Positions 18,904 to 27,753 of a stretch of 64,000 nt of DNA are shown here, piece after piece (the first letter of the stretch is position 1; each line of letters begins with the position of its first letter). Below the pieces are notes generated by a model. The model worked only from the letters and a program-made list of their open reading frames with translations, did not search any database and had not been told where the DNA came from. The position numbers were made by a program, and so were the translations under genes. The stretch is taken from contig JBNKXG010000001.1 in NCBI GenBank assembly GCA_050300215.1, positions 276,627-340,626 of the forward strand, written 5' to 3'. The stretch comes from Opitutaceae bacterium. Its GTDB lineage: Bacteria > Verrucomicrobiota > Verrucomicrobiia > Opitutales > Opitutaceae.

Positions 18904-18997
18904 GGGATCTTGCAGCGCGGTCGCGGTGGGGGAGGCCGTGCCGTTTGGGTTTGGGATCTTGCAGCGCGGTCGCGGGCTGAAGCTCCGCGCTACGGGA
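18904..18997. repeat. Tandem partial plus full copy of the REP-like element (GGGATCTTGCAGCGCGGTCGCG...GGCTGAAGCTCCGCGCTACG)
   Basis: GGGATCTTGCAGCGCGGTCGCGG occurs at 18904-18926. It occurs again at 18953-18975, where it extends into GCTGAAGCTCCGCGCTACGGGA up to 18997. Confidence 0.7.
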
Positions 18998-19006
18998 GGG
19001 GGGGGC

Positions 19007-19300
19007 TTATCCGAGGCTCTTTAGGAGCTCGTAGCTGTAGAGGCCGGTGGCGTGGCCGTCGGAGAATTTGAAGCGGATCGCGTAGTTGCCTACGAACTGC
19101 CAGCTGCGGATTTCGACTTTCGAGTAGTCTTTTCCGCGTTCTCCGCCGTGCAGGACGCCGAGGATGTCGCGTTCGCCTGCGGTTTCGGCGCTGGGTGAGG
19201 CGGCGCGCAGGACGGGGGCCTGGATATAGGTTTCGGTGCCGTCTTCCCAGAGAAGGGCGAGTTCGTTGCCGATGAGCTGAATATTTTTCGGAGGCGTCAT
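19007..19300 (-). CDS. DUF971 domain protein (gamma-butyrobetaine hydroxylase-like N-terminal domain)
   Basis: 97-aa protein: ...LALLWEDGTETYIQAPVLRAASPSAE...YAIRFKFSDGHATGLYSYELL. Confidence 0.8.
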   Translation of the reverse strand: MTPPKNIQLIGNELALLWEDGTETYIQAPVLRAASPSAETAGERDILGVLHGGERGKDYSKVEIRSWQFVGNYAIRFKFSDGHATGLYSYELLKSLG

Positions 19301-19390
19301 GTTTTTTCTGCCTCGGAGATACGGGGGCGGAGGTTTTCAGGCAAGTCTGGAGGCGCGCTTCGAGGGCAACTTATTCCACTTGTTCGCGAG

Positions 19391-19577
19391 TTATTCACAT
19401 GGCGTTTCGAGGAGCCGGAAAGAGGGCGAAAAATCGAGTTTTTTGAGCGGGTGATAACTTGTGGGTTTCGTGGGCTCCGAAAATGCGGGCCGATCGATTT
19501 TTCCTCCGTGTAGGGGGAAAAGCGTCCGAAATGTAAATCCAGTGTGAAGGAATGGGTTGTGAATAACTTGTGGATAG
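19391..19577. promoter_or_regulatory. Cluster of DnaA-box motifs (TTATNCACA) in the mraZ upstream region
   Basis: Perfect boxes are TTATTCACA (19391-19399) and TGTGAATAA (19558-19566, reverse orientation). An 8/9 box TGTGGATAG lies at 19569-19577. Weaker 7/9 matches lie at 19543-19551 and 19592-19600. Confidence 0.45.
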
Positions 19578-19614
19578 TAAAAAAGGGAGGTTGTGGAGTA
19601 TTTTAGTTGAAAAG

Positions 19615-19639
19615 TGGGGGAAAATGGGGAGCTTTGGGG
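19615..19639 (+). promoter_or_regulatory. Putative MraZ operator: three direct TGGGG repeats with exact 10-bp periodicity
   Basis: TGGGG-gaaaa-TGGGG-agctt-TGGGG, starting at 19615, 19625 and 19635. The last repeat ends 34 nt upstream of the mraZ ATG. Confidence 0.55.
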
Positions 19640-19672
19640 AAGTTTTTCACAGATCTACCGGAAACAAATTTA

Positions 19673-20125
19673 ATGAGCGCCTTGGGCAGACCAATTTTCG
19701 TTGGCAAACACCAACGAAACCTTGATTCGAAGAATCGTCTTACGATTCCTTCGAAGTGGCGCTTTGACGGCGACACAGAGGACGTCTATCTGGCACTTCC
19801 TGACCCTTGTGGAGCTATCCATGTATTGCCGCCGTCGCGTGTGGCGAAGTTGATGGAGCTGATCGAGTCGCAGAGTTTGAGCGACGAGGATATGGCGACT
19901 CTCCAGGACAAGCTCTTTTCGGAGGCTCACTCTTTTGGCTGTGATAAGCAGGGCCGGGTCAATTTGACCGAAGAGCTGCTGGAGCACGCTGGCATCACGA
20001 AGGAAGTGATGGTGGTGGGGCGTTTGACCGACTTTCGCATCTGGTCGCCTGAGCGTTGGACCACGGTCGATCCGAAGACCAACAACGACGACATGGGCAA
20101 GATCATGAAGCTCGCCGGAATTTAA
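19673..20125 (+). CDS. mraZ: Transcriptional regulator MraZ
   Basis: 150 aa with two SpoVT/AbrB-like halves (DSKNRLTIPSKWR and DKQGRVNLTEEL). It is the first gene of the dcw cluster. ATG at 19673 is preferred over TTG at 19607, which would overlap the operator. Confidence 0.9.
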   Translation: MSALGRPIFVGKHQRNLDSKNRLTIPSKWRFDGDTEDVYLALPDPCGAIHVLPPSRVAKLMELIESQSLSDEDMATLQDKLFSEAHSFGCDKQGRVNLTEELLEHAGITKEVMVVGRLTDFRIWSPERWTTVDPKTNNDDMGKIMKLAGI

Positions 20126-20372
20126 GGGAGACGCAGAACCATGAAGGACCGCCAATCGATACTCTCTAATTTAATGGAAGCAGTCGGGCTCGCTCCGCGC
20201 AAGAAGCTCGCTCCGGGCGCCGGCCGCTATCTCGGCATGGGCGGCACGTTTGGCCGGGCCAACATCCGCCACTGCTCCACATGGGATTTTGAATACAAGC
20301 TGCCCCGCGTAGCTTCTCGTAACAACAACAGTGATTTCGGTAATCGATAGTCTAGTAGGCATCGCCCCAAAA

Positions 20373-21290
20373 ATGGAAGGACATGTACCAGTACTTGCAG
20401 CGGAGACGCTGGAGCACCTCGCTCCACGCGACGGAGGCTTGTATCTGGATTGCACCTTCGGCGGGGGAGGGCACACCGAGTTGGTGCTCAATGCTGCGGA
20501 CTGCACGGTCGTAGGGCTGGACCAGGATCCGCAAGCGGTTGCCCGCGCGGCGGAGATCAAGCAGCGCTATGGCGACCGTTTCCGTTTTCACCGAATGAAT
20601 TTCGAAACCCTCGACCAGCTAGAGGAAGGTCCCTTCGATGGGATCCTCTTCGACTTTGGAGTAAGCTCCTTTCAGCTGGACGAGGTAGATCGAGGTTTCT
20701 CTTTCCGTGGAGAAGCCCCTCTCGATATGAGGATGAACCCCGAAGCGGGTGTATCCGCTGCCCAATGGCTCGCCACAGCCGACCGCGCAGCATTGATACA
20801 TGCGATTCGTGGATACGCGGAAGAAAAGAACTGGCGCAAAATCGTCGATGCGATCATTGCGGCCCGGGAAAAAAACGAATTGAGCACCACCACACAGCTC
20901 GCTGACCTTATTCTATCCTGCACTCCAGCGAGGATTCGTTTTTCTTCTAAGCTGCACCCGGCTACCAAGGTTTTCCAAGGTATCCGGATAGCGATCAACG
21001 ACGAGATTGGCGTTATCGAACGCGGACTGCCCGCTGCCTTCAACCAGCTAAAGATCGGAGGAGTCCTCTGCGCGATCAGCTTCCATTCATTGGAAGACCG
21101 CGTAGCGAAAGTCCTCTTTCGCCGCTGGGCTGGCAGGCCGGAAGGTTCGAAGGATAACCGCCCACAGGACATGCGGGAGACGCTCTGCGAGCTTCTCGGC
21201 AAGCGCCCGATATCGGCTAGTGACAAGGAAGTCGCCGAAAATCCGCGGAGCCGCTCGGCGAAGCTCCGTGTTCTGAGAAAGATAAAGTAA
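20373..21290 (+). CDS. rsmH: 16S rRNA (cytosine1402-N4)-methyltransferase
   Basis: HVPVLAAETLEHL and the SAM motif DCTFGGGGHT, with conserved dcw position. ATG at 20373 is preferred. Confidence 0.92.
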   Translation: MEGHVPVLAAETLEHLAPRDGGLYLDCTFGGGGHTELVLNAADCTVVGLDQDPQAVARAAEIKQRYGDRFRFHRMNFETLDQLEEGPFDGILFDFGVSSFQLDEVDRGFSFRGEAPLDMRMNPEAGVSAAQWLATADRAALIHAIRGYAEEKNWRKIVDAIIAAREKNELSTTTQLADLILSCTPARIRFSSKLHPATKVFQGIRIAINDEIGVIERGLPAAFNQLKIGGVLCAISFHSLEDRVAKVLFRRWAGRPEGSKDNRPQDMRETLCELLGKRPISASDKEVAENPRSRSAKLRVLRKIK

Positions 21291-21529
21291 CAAAAGATGA
21301 ATACGCTAACGCTACAGAGTCGCAGGATAATGAGAAATTCAACCACGCTAAAGTCGGTGCTGAACCGGCAGATTGTCACCCTAAGTCTAGGCAGCTCCCT
21401 GGGAGCTGGCTCTTTCGATTGCCGCCAGGAGGCGAGCATCGGCACCGTTTCACCAACCATCTCTTTCAAACCCTTCGAACGCGTCTACAAGATCCCTGCT
21501 CGCAGCCGGGAACTGGCGCTTGAAGCATC

Positions 21530-21907
21530 ATGAGCTCACGCAAAACTCAGAAAACTTCCCGCACACCTTCTATACTAAACCGCATCATCTGGCTTACCTT
21601 CGCTCTCACTTTGTTCGTCGGTATGTTTGGACTGGGTACCGTGTACCTGCGTCACGAAGCCGCTGTTCTCGCCAATGAGAATAAGGCCCTCTATGCTGGT
21701 ATCTCCGAGCAAAAGCGCGAGATAGCAGAACTTGGTGCTGTGATTGCCCGCAAGACGACCCGCGACCAACTCAAGGCGCTTAACAACTCCTATGGTCTTG
21801 GTCTTCGTCTGCCTACCGAACGCCAGATCGTTCATGTTTTGGAAGACCCCACGAAGCGTCTCTACGAAAAGCAATCGGATACGATGCTTACCGCTGCGAC
21901 CTTCTAA
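21530..21907 (+). CDS. ftsL: FtsL-like cell division protein
   Basis: 125 aa with a basic N-terminus and a single TM (IIWLTFALTLFVGMFGLGTVYL), followed by a coiled-coil-like segment. It lies between rsmH and ftsI. The call rests on position and topology only. Confidence 0.6.
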   Translation: MSSRKTQKTSRTPSILNRIIWLTFALTLFVGMFGLGTVYLRHEAAVLANENKALYAGISEQKREIAELGAVIARKTTRDQLKALNNSYGLGLRLPTERQIVHVLEDPTKRLYEKQSDTMLTAATF

Positions 21908-21913
21908 CGACTG

Positions 21914-23716
21914 ATGGCAAGCCGCCCCGGTACTAAATTCAGATTTTGGATACTCGCTCTCTTTTTTCTCTTCGGCTATGGAGCGATCGGCTTCCGCTTG
22001 GTCGAATTGCATGCTTTCAAAAGCACTGAACTCGTCGACGAGCTCGAAAGTACCCGGTTTCGCGTTTTGCGCGAGATGCCGCGTCGTGGGGATATCCTCG
22101 ATATCAACGGCGAGATACTCGCTACCAGCCACATTTTTCTAGAAGTTGGAGTTGATCGTCATGAGATCCAGGATACGGACCTGTCTCGCATCCCTGAGAT
22201 CGCTCGCAATTTGGATCTTACGGTGGCGGAGGTTCGGGAAGCCTTTGGGATTTCCAATGGTCGCTTGCCCTCTGATGTTAAGTCGCTCAGCCCGCGCTGG
22301 AAGTTGTTGAAGCGCCGGGTCGAGCCGCGTTCCTTCGAAACGCTCAAGCAGTTGGGCATCAAATGCGTGACCAGCACCAAAAGCTATGAGCGCGAGTACC
22401 CGCAGGGCGAGCTCGCGGCCCATGTGATCGGCTTCGTTCGCAAGGACGGACAAGCGGCTATGGGGGTTGAGCACGAATACGATTATTATTTGAGTGGTGA
22501 AGAAGGTTGGACCGAAACTGAAATTGGAGCCGGTCGCCGCGAGATGGCTCAGTTTCGCCGCCGCCAAGTTGCTTCTACCGATGGCCTCAATGTGGTCTTG
22601 ACCATCGATTCCTACGTGCAGGACGTGGTGCAGAAGGAACTGGTAGAAATCGCTAATAATTTTAAGCCGAAAGCGGCGACCATTATCGTTTCCGATCCTT
22701 ATACGGGCGAACTGCTGGGCTTGGGCAATTATCCAAGTTTTAATCCAAACACGTATTCGAAGTCCAACGACGAGTCGCGAAAGAACCGCGCTCTCACGGA
22801 CATCTTGGAACCTGGTTCCACTTTTAAGATCGTCGCGGCTACGGCTGCGTTGGAAGAGCGTCTCGTGAATGTGGATACTGAGATCGATTGCGCGAATCCT
22901 ATCGCGGTGATGCCTGATGGCTACCGCGTCAAATTGCCCAGAGACGACCATGCGATGGGCATTCTCACGGTGGGGCAGGTCATTTCCAAGTCCTCGAATC
23001 GCGGAGCCGCCCATCTCGGTTTTAAAATTGGTGGGAAAGATTTCTACGATTGGGTCGAGAGGTATGGCTTTGGCGACTACAGTGGTTTGGACTTGGGTTC
23101 CGAATCGAAGGGGATTCTCAATCCGCCCAATAAGTGGGACCGGCTTACGCTATCCCGCATGACGATGGGGCACTCCATCGCGGCCACGCCGATACAGATC
23201 CACATGGCTACGGCGACGCTGGCGAATGGCGGAGTGTTGATGACTCCGCGAGTGGTTGCTGCGATTACGAATTACGAAGGCGAAACGGTGGTCGCGTTTG
23301 GACCGGTGCCGAAGCGAAAAGTCGTTTCTCGCGATACGGCGCGGACAGTGGCAGGTTTTCTCGAGGAGGCCGCTTCAGAGAAGGGCACGGCGCGTCGCGC
23401 GATGGTCGAGGGGTATCGCGTAGCCGGCAAAACTGGAACCACGCAGAAGATCGTCAACGGACACTATTCGTCCCACGAGCACGTGGGTTCGTTCACTGGG
23501 TTTTTCCCAGCGGACAAGCCACAAGTCGTGATCACCGTGATCGTGGATGGGGGGCATCCCGCTTCGGGTGGACTCGCGTACGGTGGCATCGTGGCGGCTC
23601 CTTCGTTTCGCAATATCGCCAAGAAGTTGATTCCGCATTACGCGATCACTCCTTCTCCTGCGGCTACGGGCTACGCTCGAAACGAGGCCGAGAATTTAAG
23701 CTCGGGCGGCCATTGA
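21914..23716 (+). CDS. ftsI: Peptidoglycan D,D-transpeptidase FtsI (class B PBP)
   Basis: N-terminal TM, PBP dimerisation domain, and transpeptidase motifs STFK, SSN (SKSSN) and KTGT. Confidence 0.92.
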   Translation: MASRPGTKFRFWILALFFLFGYGAIGFRLVELHAFKSTELVDELESTRFRVLREMPRRGDILDINGEILATSHIFLEVGVDRHEIQDTDLSRIPEIARNLDLTVAEVREAFGISNGRLPSDVKSLSPRWKLLKRRVEPRSFETLKQLGIKCVTSTKSYEREYPQGELAAHVIGFVRKDGQAAMGVEHEYDYYLSGEEGWTETEIGAGRREMAQFRRRQVASTDGLNVVLTIDSYVQDVVQKELVEIANNFKPKAATIIVSDPYTGELLGLGNYPSFNPNTYSKSNDESRKNRALTDILEPGSTFKIVAATAALEERLVNVDTEIDCANPIAVMPDGYRVKLPRDDHAMGILTVGQVISKSSNRGAAHLGFKIGGKDFYDWVERYGFGDYSGLDLGSESKGILNPPNKWDRLTLSRMTMGHSIAATPIQIHMATATLANGGVLMTPRVVAAITNYEGETVVAFGPVPKRKVVSRDTARTVAGFLEEAASEKGTARRAMVEGYRVAGKTGTTQKIVNGHYSSHEHVGSFTGFFPADKPQVVITVIVDGGHPASGGLAYGGIVAAPSFRNIAKKLIPHYAITPSPAATGYARNEAENLSSGGH

Positions 23717-23794
23717 TTTTCCATGTAGCCAACGCTTCCGCGAAACAGGTGTTCAGCGGACGGGTCAGTTAGGGGAGTGAGAGTACATCAAACG

Positions 23795-25294
23795 ATGCAA
23801 ACCAAAGCGAAAAAATTGAGCAAGTTGCTGGGATCGGATTTTTCCAAAGCCCTTAAGGGGCAACCGGATCCGAAGATCGAGCGGCTTGCGATCGATAGTC
23901 GACGCGTGACGCCGGGTTCGCTGTTCTTTGCCTTGCCGGGCTTGAAGTCGGATGGAAACTCCTACGTGGACGAAGCGATTTCTCGCGGAGCGGTGGCCGT
24001 GGTTTCCGCGAAAGCGCGTCGTTTTCGGAGCTCTAAGGTCGCATATATTACGGTTGAGAATCCTCGGCTTGCCTTGGCTGCTGTGGCTCGCGCCTTTCAT
24101 AAGAAGCCGGACAAATCGCTTTCCTTGGCAGGCATCACGGGCACGAACGGGAAAACCACCGTTGCCTATTTGGTGAAGCAAATCATGGCAAATCTCGGCC
24201 AGCCTTACGCTTGCCTCGGCACGGTGGGCTACGATCTGGTGCGTCGCACGGTTCCGTCTTTTCGCACCACTCCCGAGTCATTGGACCTATGCGAGTTGTT
24301 GAGCCAAGCACGTGATTTCGAATGCAAGGGCGCGGTGATGGAAGTGAGCTCTCACGGGCTGGACCAGCATCGTGTCAGCGGATTGAAATTTCAGGTCGCG
24401 GCGTTTTTGAATCTCACGCGTGACCACCTCGACTACCACAATGACATGGAGTCGTACTACCTGGTGAAGCGGCGCTTGTTCAATGGGGAAAACGGGAAGT
24501 TGCCGAAAGTCGCCGTGGTAAATATTGACGACAAATATGGCGTCCGCTTGGTGGAAGATATTCCTGCCGAGGTTTCGGTCATCACTTTTGGCGAATCCAA
24601 GAATGCGGATTTTCGGGCTAGCTCGGTGGAACTAAGCGCGGCGGGAACGCGATTCGCGCTCGATTGTCCGGATGGGCACTTCGAGGTGCAGTCGGCACTG
24701 GTGGGCGACTACAATGTGAGCAACACTTTGGCAGCCCTCGCTGTTTGTAGCGGTTTGGGGCTGAATGTCGTCAACTGTATTAAGGATCTGGATTCTTTTC
24801 CTGGGATTCCGGGGCGTATGCAAAAAGTGGATGCCGGGCAAGCGGCCACCGTTCTCGTCGATTACGCTCATACGGAAGACGCTCTCGAGAACGCTTTGAG
24901 CATGTTGCGGGGAGTGACGCAGGGGAAGCTGCGAGTCGTTTTTGGCTGCGGAGGAAATCGCGATCGAGGCAAGCGTCCCATTATGACGAAGGTGGCGAAT
25001 TCGCTTTCCGACGAAGCGTGGGCGACCTCTGATAATCCGCGTAACGAGAAGGTCGAAGACATCTTTGCCGATATGAAGGAAGGTTTGGTCGATCCCACTC
25101 GGGTGCATTTCGTGAGCGATCGGCGTCGAGCCATCGAGCTCGCGTTGCAAGCGTCGAAGGCGGGCGACTGTCTTTTGATCGCAGGCAAAGGGCACGAGTC
25201 TTTTCAAGAGTACGGCGAAACCGTGGTTCCTTTCGACGATAGAAAAGTGGCTTTGGACTTGATCCAGAACATGCAGCTGGGAGGTCGGGTCTGA
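23795..25294 (+). CDS. murE: UDP-N-acetylmuramoyl-L-alanyl-D-glutamate--2,6-diaminopimelate ligase
   Basis: Mur ligase P-loop GITGTNGKTT. The DNPR motif (SDNPRNE) is typical of meso-DAP-adding MurE. ATG at 23795 is chosen; a GTG at 23777 is possible. Confidence 0.93.
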   Translation: MQTKAKKLSKLLGSDFSKALKGQPDPKIERLAIDSRRVTPGSLFFALPGLKSDGNSYVDEAISRGAVAVVSAKARRFRSSKVAYITVENPRLALAAVARAFHKKPDKSLSLAGITGTNGKTTVAYLVKQIMANLGQPYACLGTVGYDLVRRTVPSFRTTPESLDLCELLSQARDFECKGAVMEVSSHGLDQHRVSGLKFQVAAFLNLTRDHLDYHNDMESYYLVKRRLFNGENGKLPKVAVVNIDDKYGVRLVEDIPAEVSVITFGESKNADFRASSVELSAAGTRFALDCPDGHFEVQSALVGDYNVSNTLAALAVCSGLGLNVVNCIKDLDSFPGIPGRMQKVDAGQAATVLVDYAHTEDALENALSMLRGVTQGKLRVVFGCGGNRDRGKRPIMTKVANSLSDEAWATSDNPRNEKVEDIFADMKEGLVDPTRVHFVSDRRRAIELALQASKAGDCLLIAGKGHESFQEYGETVVPFDDRKVALDLIQNMQLGGRV

Positions 25295-26659
25295 GTGGAG
25301 ACGATTGATCCAGTCGCTTTTGCGCAATGGACTTCCGGTGAATGGAAGAATGGAGTCCCGGCGGCGATAAGCGGTATCCACAACGACTCGCGCAAGCTCG
25401 AATCCGGCCAGCTTTTTATCGCATTGCGAACAGTGGCCCGCGATGGGCACGACTTCTTGGAATCGGCGAGGGCTCGCGGCGCGGCTGGGGCGATCGTGGA
25501 TCGTTTTCAGCCGGATGCGGATTTGCCGCAACTGCTTGTTGAAGACGTATCCAAAGCGCTGATCGCGGCGGCAAAAGGGTATCGCTCTACTTGGAAGGCA
25601 AAGGTAGTGGGGATTACGGGGAGCTGTGGCAAGACGACTTGCAAGGAAGTTCTCTCGTGTTTGCTCGCTGGGCAAAAGACCCTGAGTACTCCGGGCAATT
25701 TGAATAACTTGATCGGCGTGCCCATGACCGTGCTGCGTCCGCAGGCGAGCGAGGCGCGATTTGCGGTCTTGGAAGCGGGAATTTCGGAACCTGGGGAGAT
25801 GCAGCAACTGGCAGCGGCGATCGATCCGGAATGGGGCATCGTGACCGCGATCGGTCCGGCTCATCTGCGAGATCTTGGCAGCGTCGAAACGATCGCTTTC
25901 GAAAAAGGCAAGCTGCTGCAGGGCGGTCGCCTTCGTGGGGCGTTTGTCGGTGAATCGGCAGAGCCGTACCTGAAGGAGTTGGCTTGCCCGAATGCGGTTT
26001 TGGTGAAGCGCGATTCTGGGTTCGTTAGCGACTGGTCTTACGATTTCGAGTCGCTGGCCGGAAGGAGTCTGCTCCGCCAAAAGTTAGCGGGGGAAATACA
26101 AGAATTTGAATACGCTGGCGTCGGCGCGGGCTTGGCCTCCAATGTCGCTCTAGCGATCGCGGTAGCATGTACCTTGGGGCTTAGCGTCGAGGAGATCAGG
26201 ACTGCCTTGAAGTCTTGGGCTCCCGCTCAGATGCGAAACGAATGGCGCGAGCTCGAAAACGGCCGCGTTTTCCTTGATTGCTACAATGCGAATCCGCTTT
26301 CGATGCGGGATTCTTTGGCTACTTTTATAGGGGAAACATCGGAGGATTTGCCTCGTTTCTACCTTATCGGCTGCATGGAAGAGCTCGGCGCGGAGGCCGC
26401 TTGTTTGCATGCGGAATTGGGGCGCGAGTTACCCCTCCGAAAACAAGATTTCCTGCTTGTGATTGGAGGCGAAGCGAAGAGCGTGTTGCGAGGTATGAAG
26501 GACGCGGGACGCGATACAGAAAATTGCTTTGAAATAGCTTCGGTAGAGGAGGCGAGGGAACGTCTCTCTCGCTTCTCGGGCAGTGTGTTTTTAAAGGGAA
26601 GCCGTCGTTATAGATTGGAGACAGCTCTCGAGTTTTTGGGAGGAGGCGTTTCGTGTTAA
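25295..26659 (+). CDS. murF: UDP-N-acetylmuramoyl-tripeptide--D-alanyl-D-alanine ligase
   Basis: P-loop GITGSCGKTT and Mur ligase middle and C-terminal domains. The GTG start directly abuts the murE stop. Confidence 0.92.
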   Translation: METIDPVAFAQWTSGEWKNGVPAAISGIHNDSRKLESGQLFIALRTVARDGHDFLESARARGAAGAIVDRFQPDADLPQLLVEDVSKALIAAAKGYRSTWKAKVVGITGSCGKTTCKEVLSCLLAGQKTLSTPGNLNNLIGVPMTVLRPQASEARFAVLEAGISEPGEMQQLAAAIDPEWGIVTAIGPAHLRDLGSVETIAFEKGKLLQGGRLRGAFVGESAEPYLKELACPNAVLVKRDSGFVSDWSYDFESLAGRSLLRQKLAGEIQEFEYAGVGAGLASNVALAIAVACTLGLSVEEIRTALKSWAPAQMRNEWRELENGRVFLDCYNANPLSMRDSLATFIGETSEDLPRFYLIGCMEELGAEAACLHAELGRELPLRKQDFLLVIGGEAKSVLRGMKDAGRDTENCFEIASVEEARERLSRFSGSVFLKGSRRYRLETALEFLGGGVSC

Positions 26660-27753
26660 GTTATCTCGCTCAATACGAAGAGTACTTCGGCCCGTTTCGT
26701 CTGCTGAGGTTTATCACTTTTAGGACGCTTTTCGCTTCGGGCACGTCTTTGTTGATTGGATACATGCTGGGTCCTTGGGTGATTGCGAAGCTGCGTTCGT
26801 TTAGCTTTCAGCAAAGCCTGCGCGACAAGAGCGAAGTGGGAAAGCTCGCCGAGTTGCACGAGGGGAAGAAGAATACCCCGACCATGGGCGGATTGCTCAT
26901 TTGCTTGAGCGTGACTTCTAGCAGCTTGCTTTGGGCGCAATGGAATGTGTGGGTGCTGACGGCCTTGATGGTTTACGTAAGCCTGACGGCCTTGGGGTTC
27001 ATGGACGACTATCTAAAAGTCTCCAAGCGGAACAGCAAGGGAGTGAGCTCTCGATTTAAGTTGGTGTGGCAAAGCCTTACCACGGTCGTGGCCCTGTTGA
27101 TATTGGTAAACAATCCTTCGAGCGCCGCTCAGACGCGCGAGTTGTGGCTACCGTTTTTTAAGGACGCGGTTTGGGTTTCGATGCCGCTTTGGTTCCTTTT
27201 TGTCTTCCTGTTTTTCGTACTGGTAGGCTCGAGCAACGCGATCAACTTGACCGATGGAATCGATGGGCTCGCGATCGGTTGCACGATTTCGGCCGCCTTG
27301 GTTTATGCCGTAATGGCCTATGCGGCGGGTAACGCGATCATCTCGGACTATCTCTTGATTTCCTACGTGCCGGGAGTGGGTGAACTCACTGTCATTTGCG
27401 GATCTCTGGTGGGAGCGGGCTTAGCGTTTTTATGGTTCAACACCCATCCGGCGGAGGTTTTCATGGGCGACACAGGATCGCTTGCTCTGGGCGGATTGAT
27501 CGGTATTATTGCCTTCATGGTGCATCAGCCGGTAACATTGGTAATCGTGGGCGGAATTTTCGTGATGGAAGCGATGTCGGTGATTTTGCAGGTCGGCTCG
27601 TTTAAGTTGACGGGTAAGCGGATCTTCCGCATGGCGCCGATTCATCATCACTTCGAGTTGAAGGGGTGGGCGGAATCGAAGGTCGTTGTCAGATTTTGGA
27701 TACTTTCGCTCATATTTGCGATTGCAGGGCTGGGGACCTTGAAGCTGCGGTGA
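26653..27753 (+). CDS. mraY: Phospho-N-acetylmuramoyl-pentapeptide transferase
   Basis: Polytopic membrane protein with NAINLTDGIDGLA and PIHHHFEL. The GTG start overlaps the murF end by 7 nt. Confidence 0.95.
   Translation: MLSYLAQYEEYFGPFRLLRFITFRTLFASGTSLLIGYMLGPWVIAKLRSFSFQQSLRDKSEVGKLAELHEGKKNTPTMGGLLICLSVTSSSLLWAQWNVWVLTALMVYVSLTALGFMDDYLKVSKRNSKGVSSRFKLVWQSLTTVVALLILVNNPSSAAQTRELWLPFFKDAVWVSMPLWFLFVFLFFVLVGSSNAINLTDGIDGLAIGCTISAALVYAVMAYAAGNAIISDYLLISYVPGVGELTVICGSLVGAGLAFLWFNTHPAEVFMGDTGSLALGGLIGIIAFMVHQPVTLVIVGGIFVMEAMSVILQVGSFKLTGKRIFRMAPIHHHFELKGWAESKVVVRFWILSLIFAIAGLGTLKLR

Noticed and set aside
19607-19672. TTG-initiated 22-codon N-terminal extension of MraZ given by the ORF track.
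   Set aside because: It would place the TGGGG x3 operator inside the coding region. The ATG at 19673 gives a canonical 150-aa MraZ.
27666-27749. Upstream extensions of murD (27666), murC/B (32463), ftsZ (37889), ddl (34862), rsmH (20331) and deoA (11031) in the ORF track.
   Set aside because: These extensions either overlap the preceding gene substantially or add non-homologous residues (deoA, rsmH). Conserved N-termini and GTGA/ATGA coupling sites support the shorter starts that I report.
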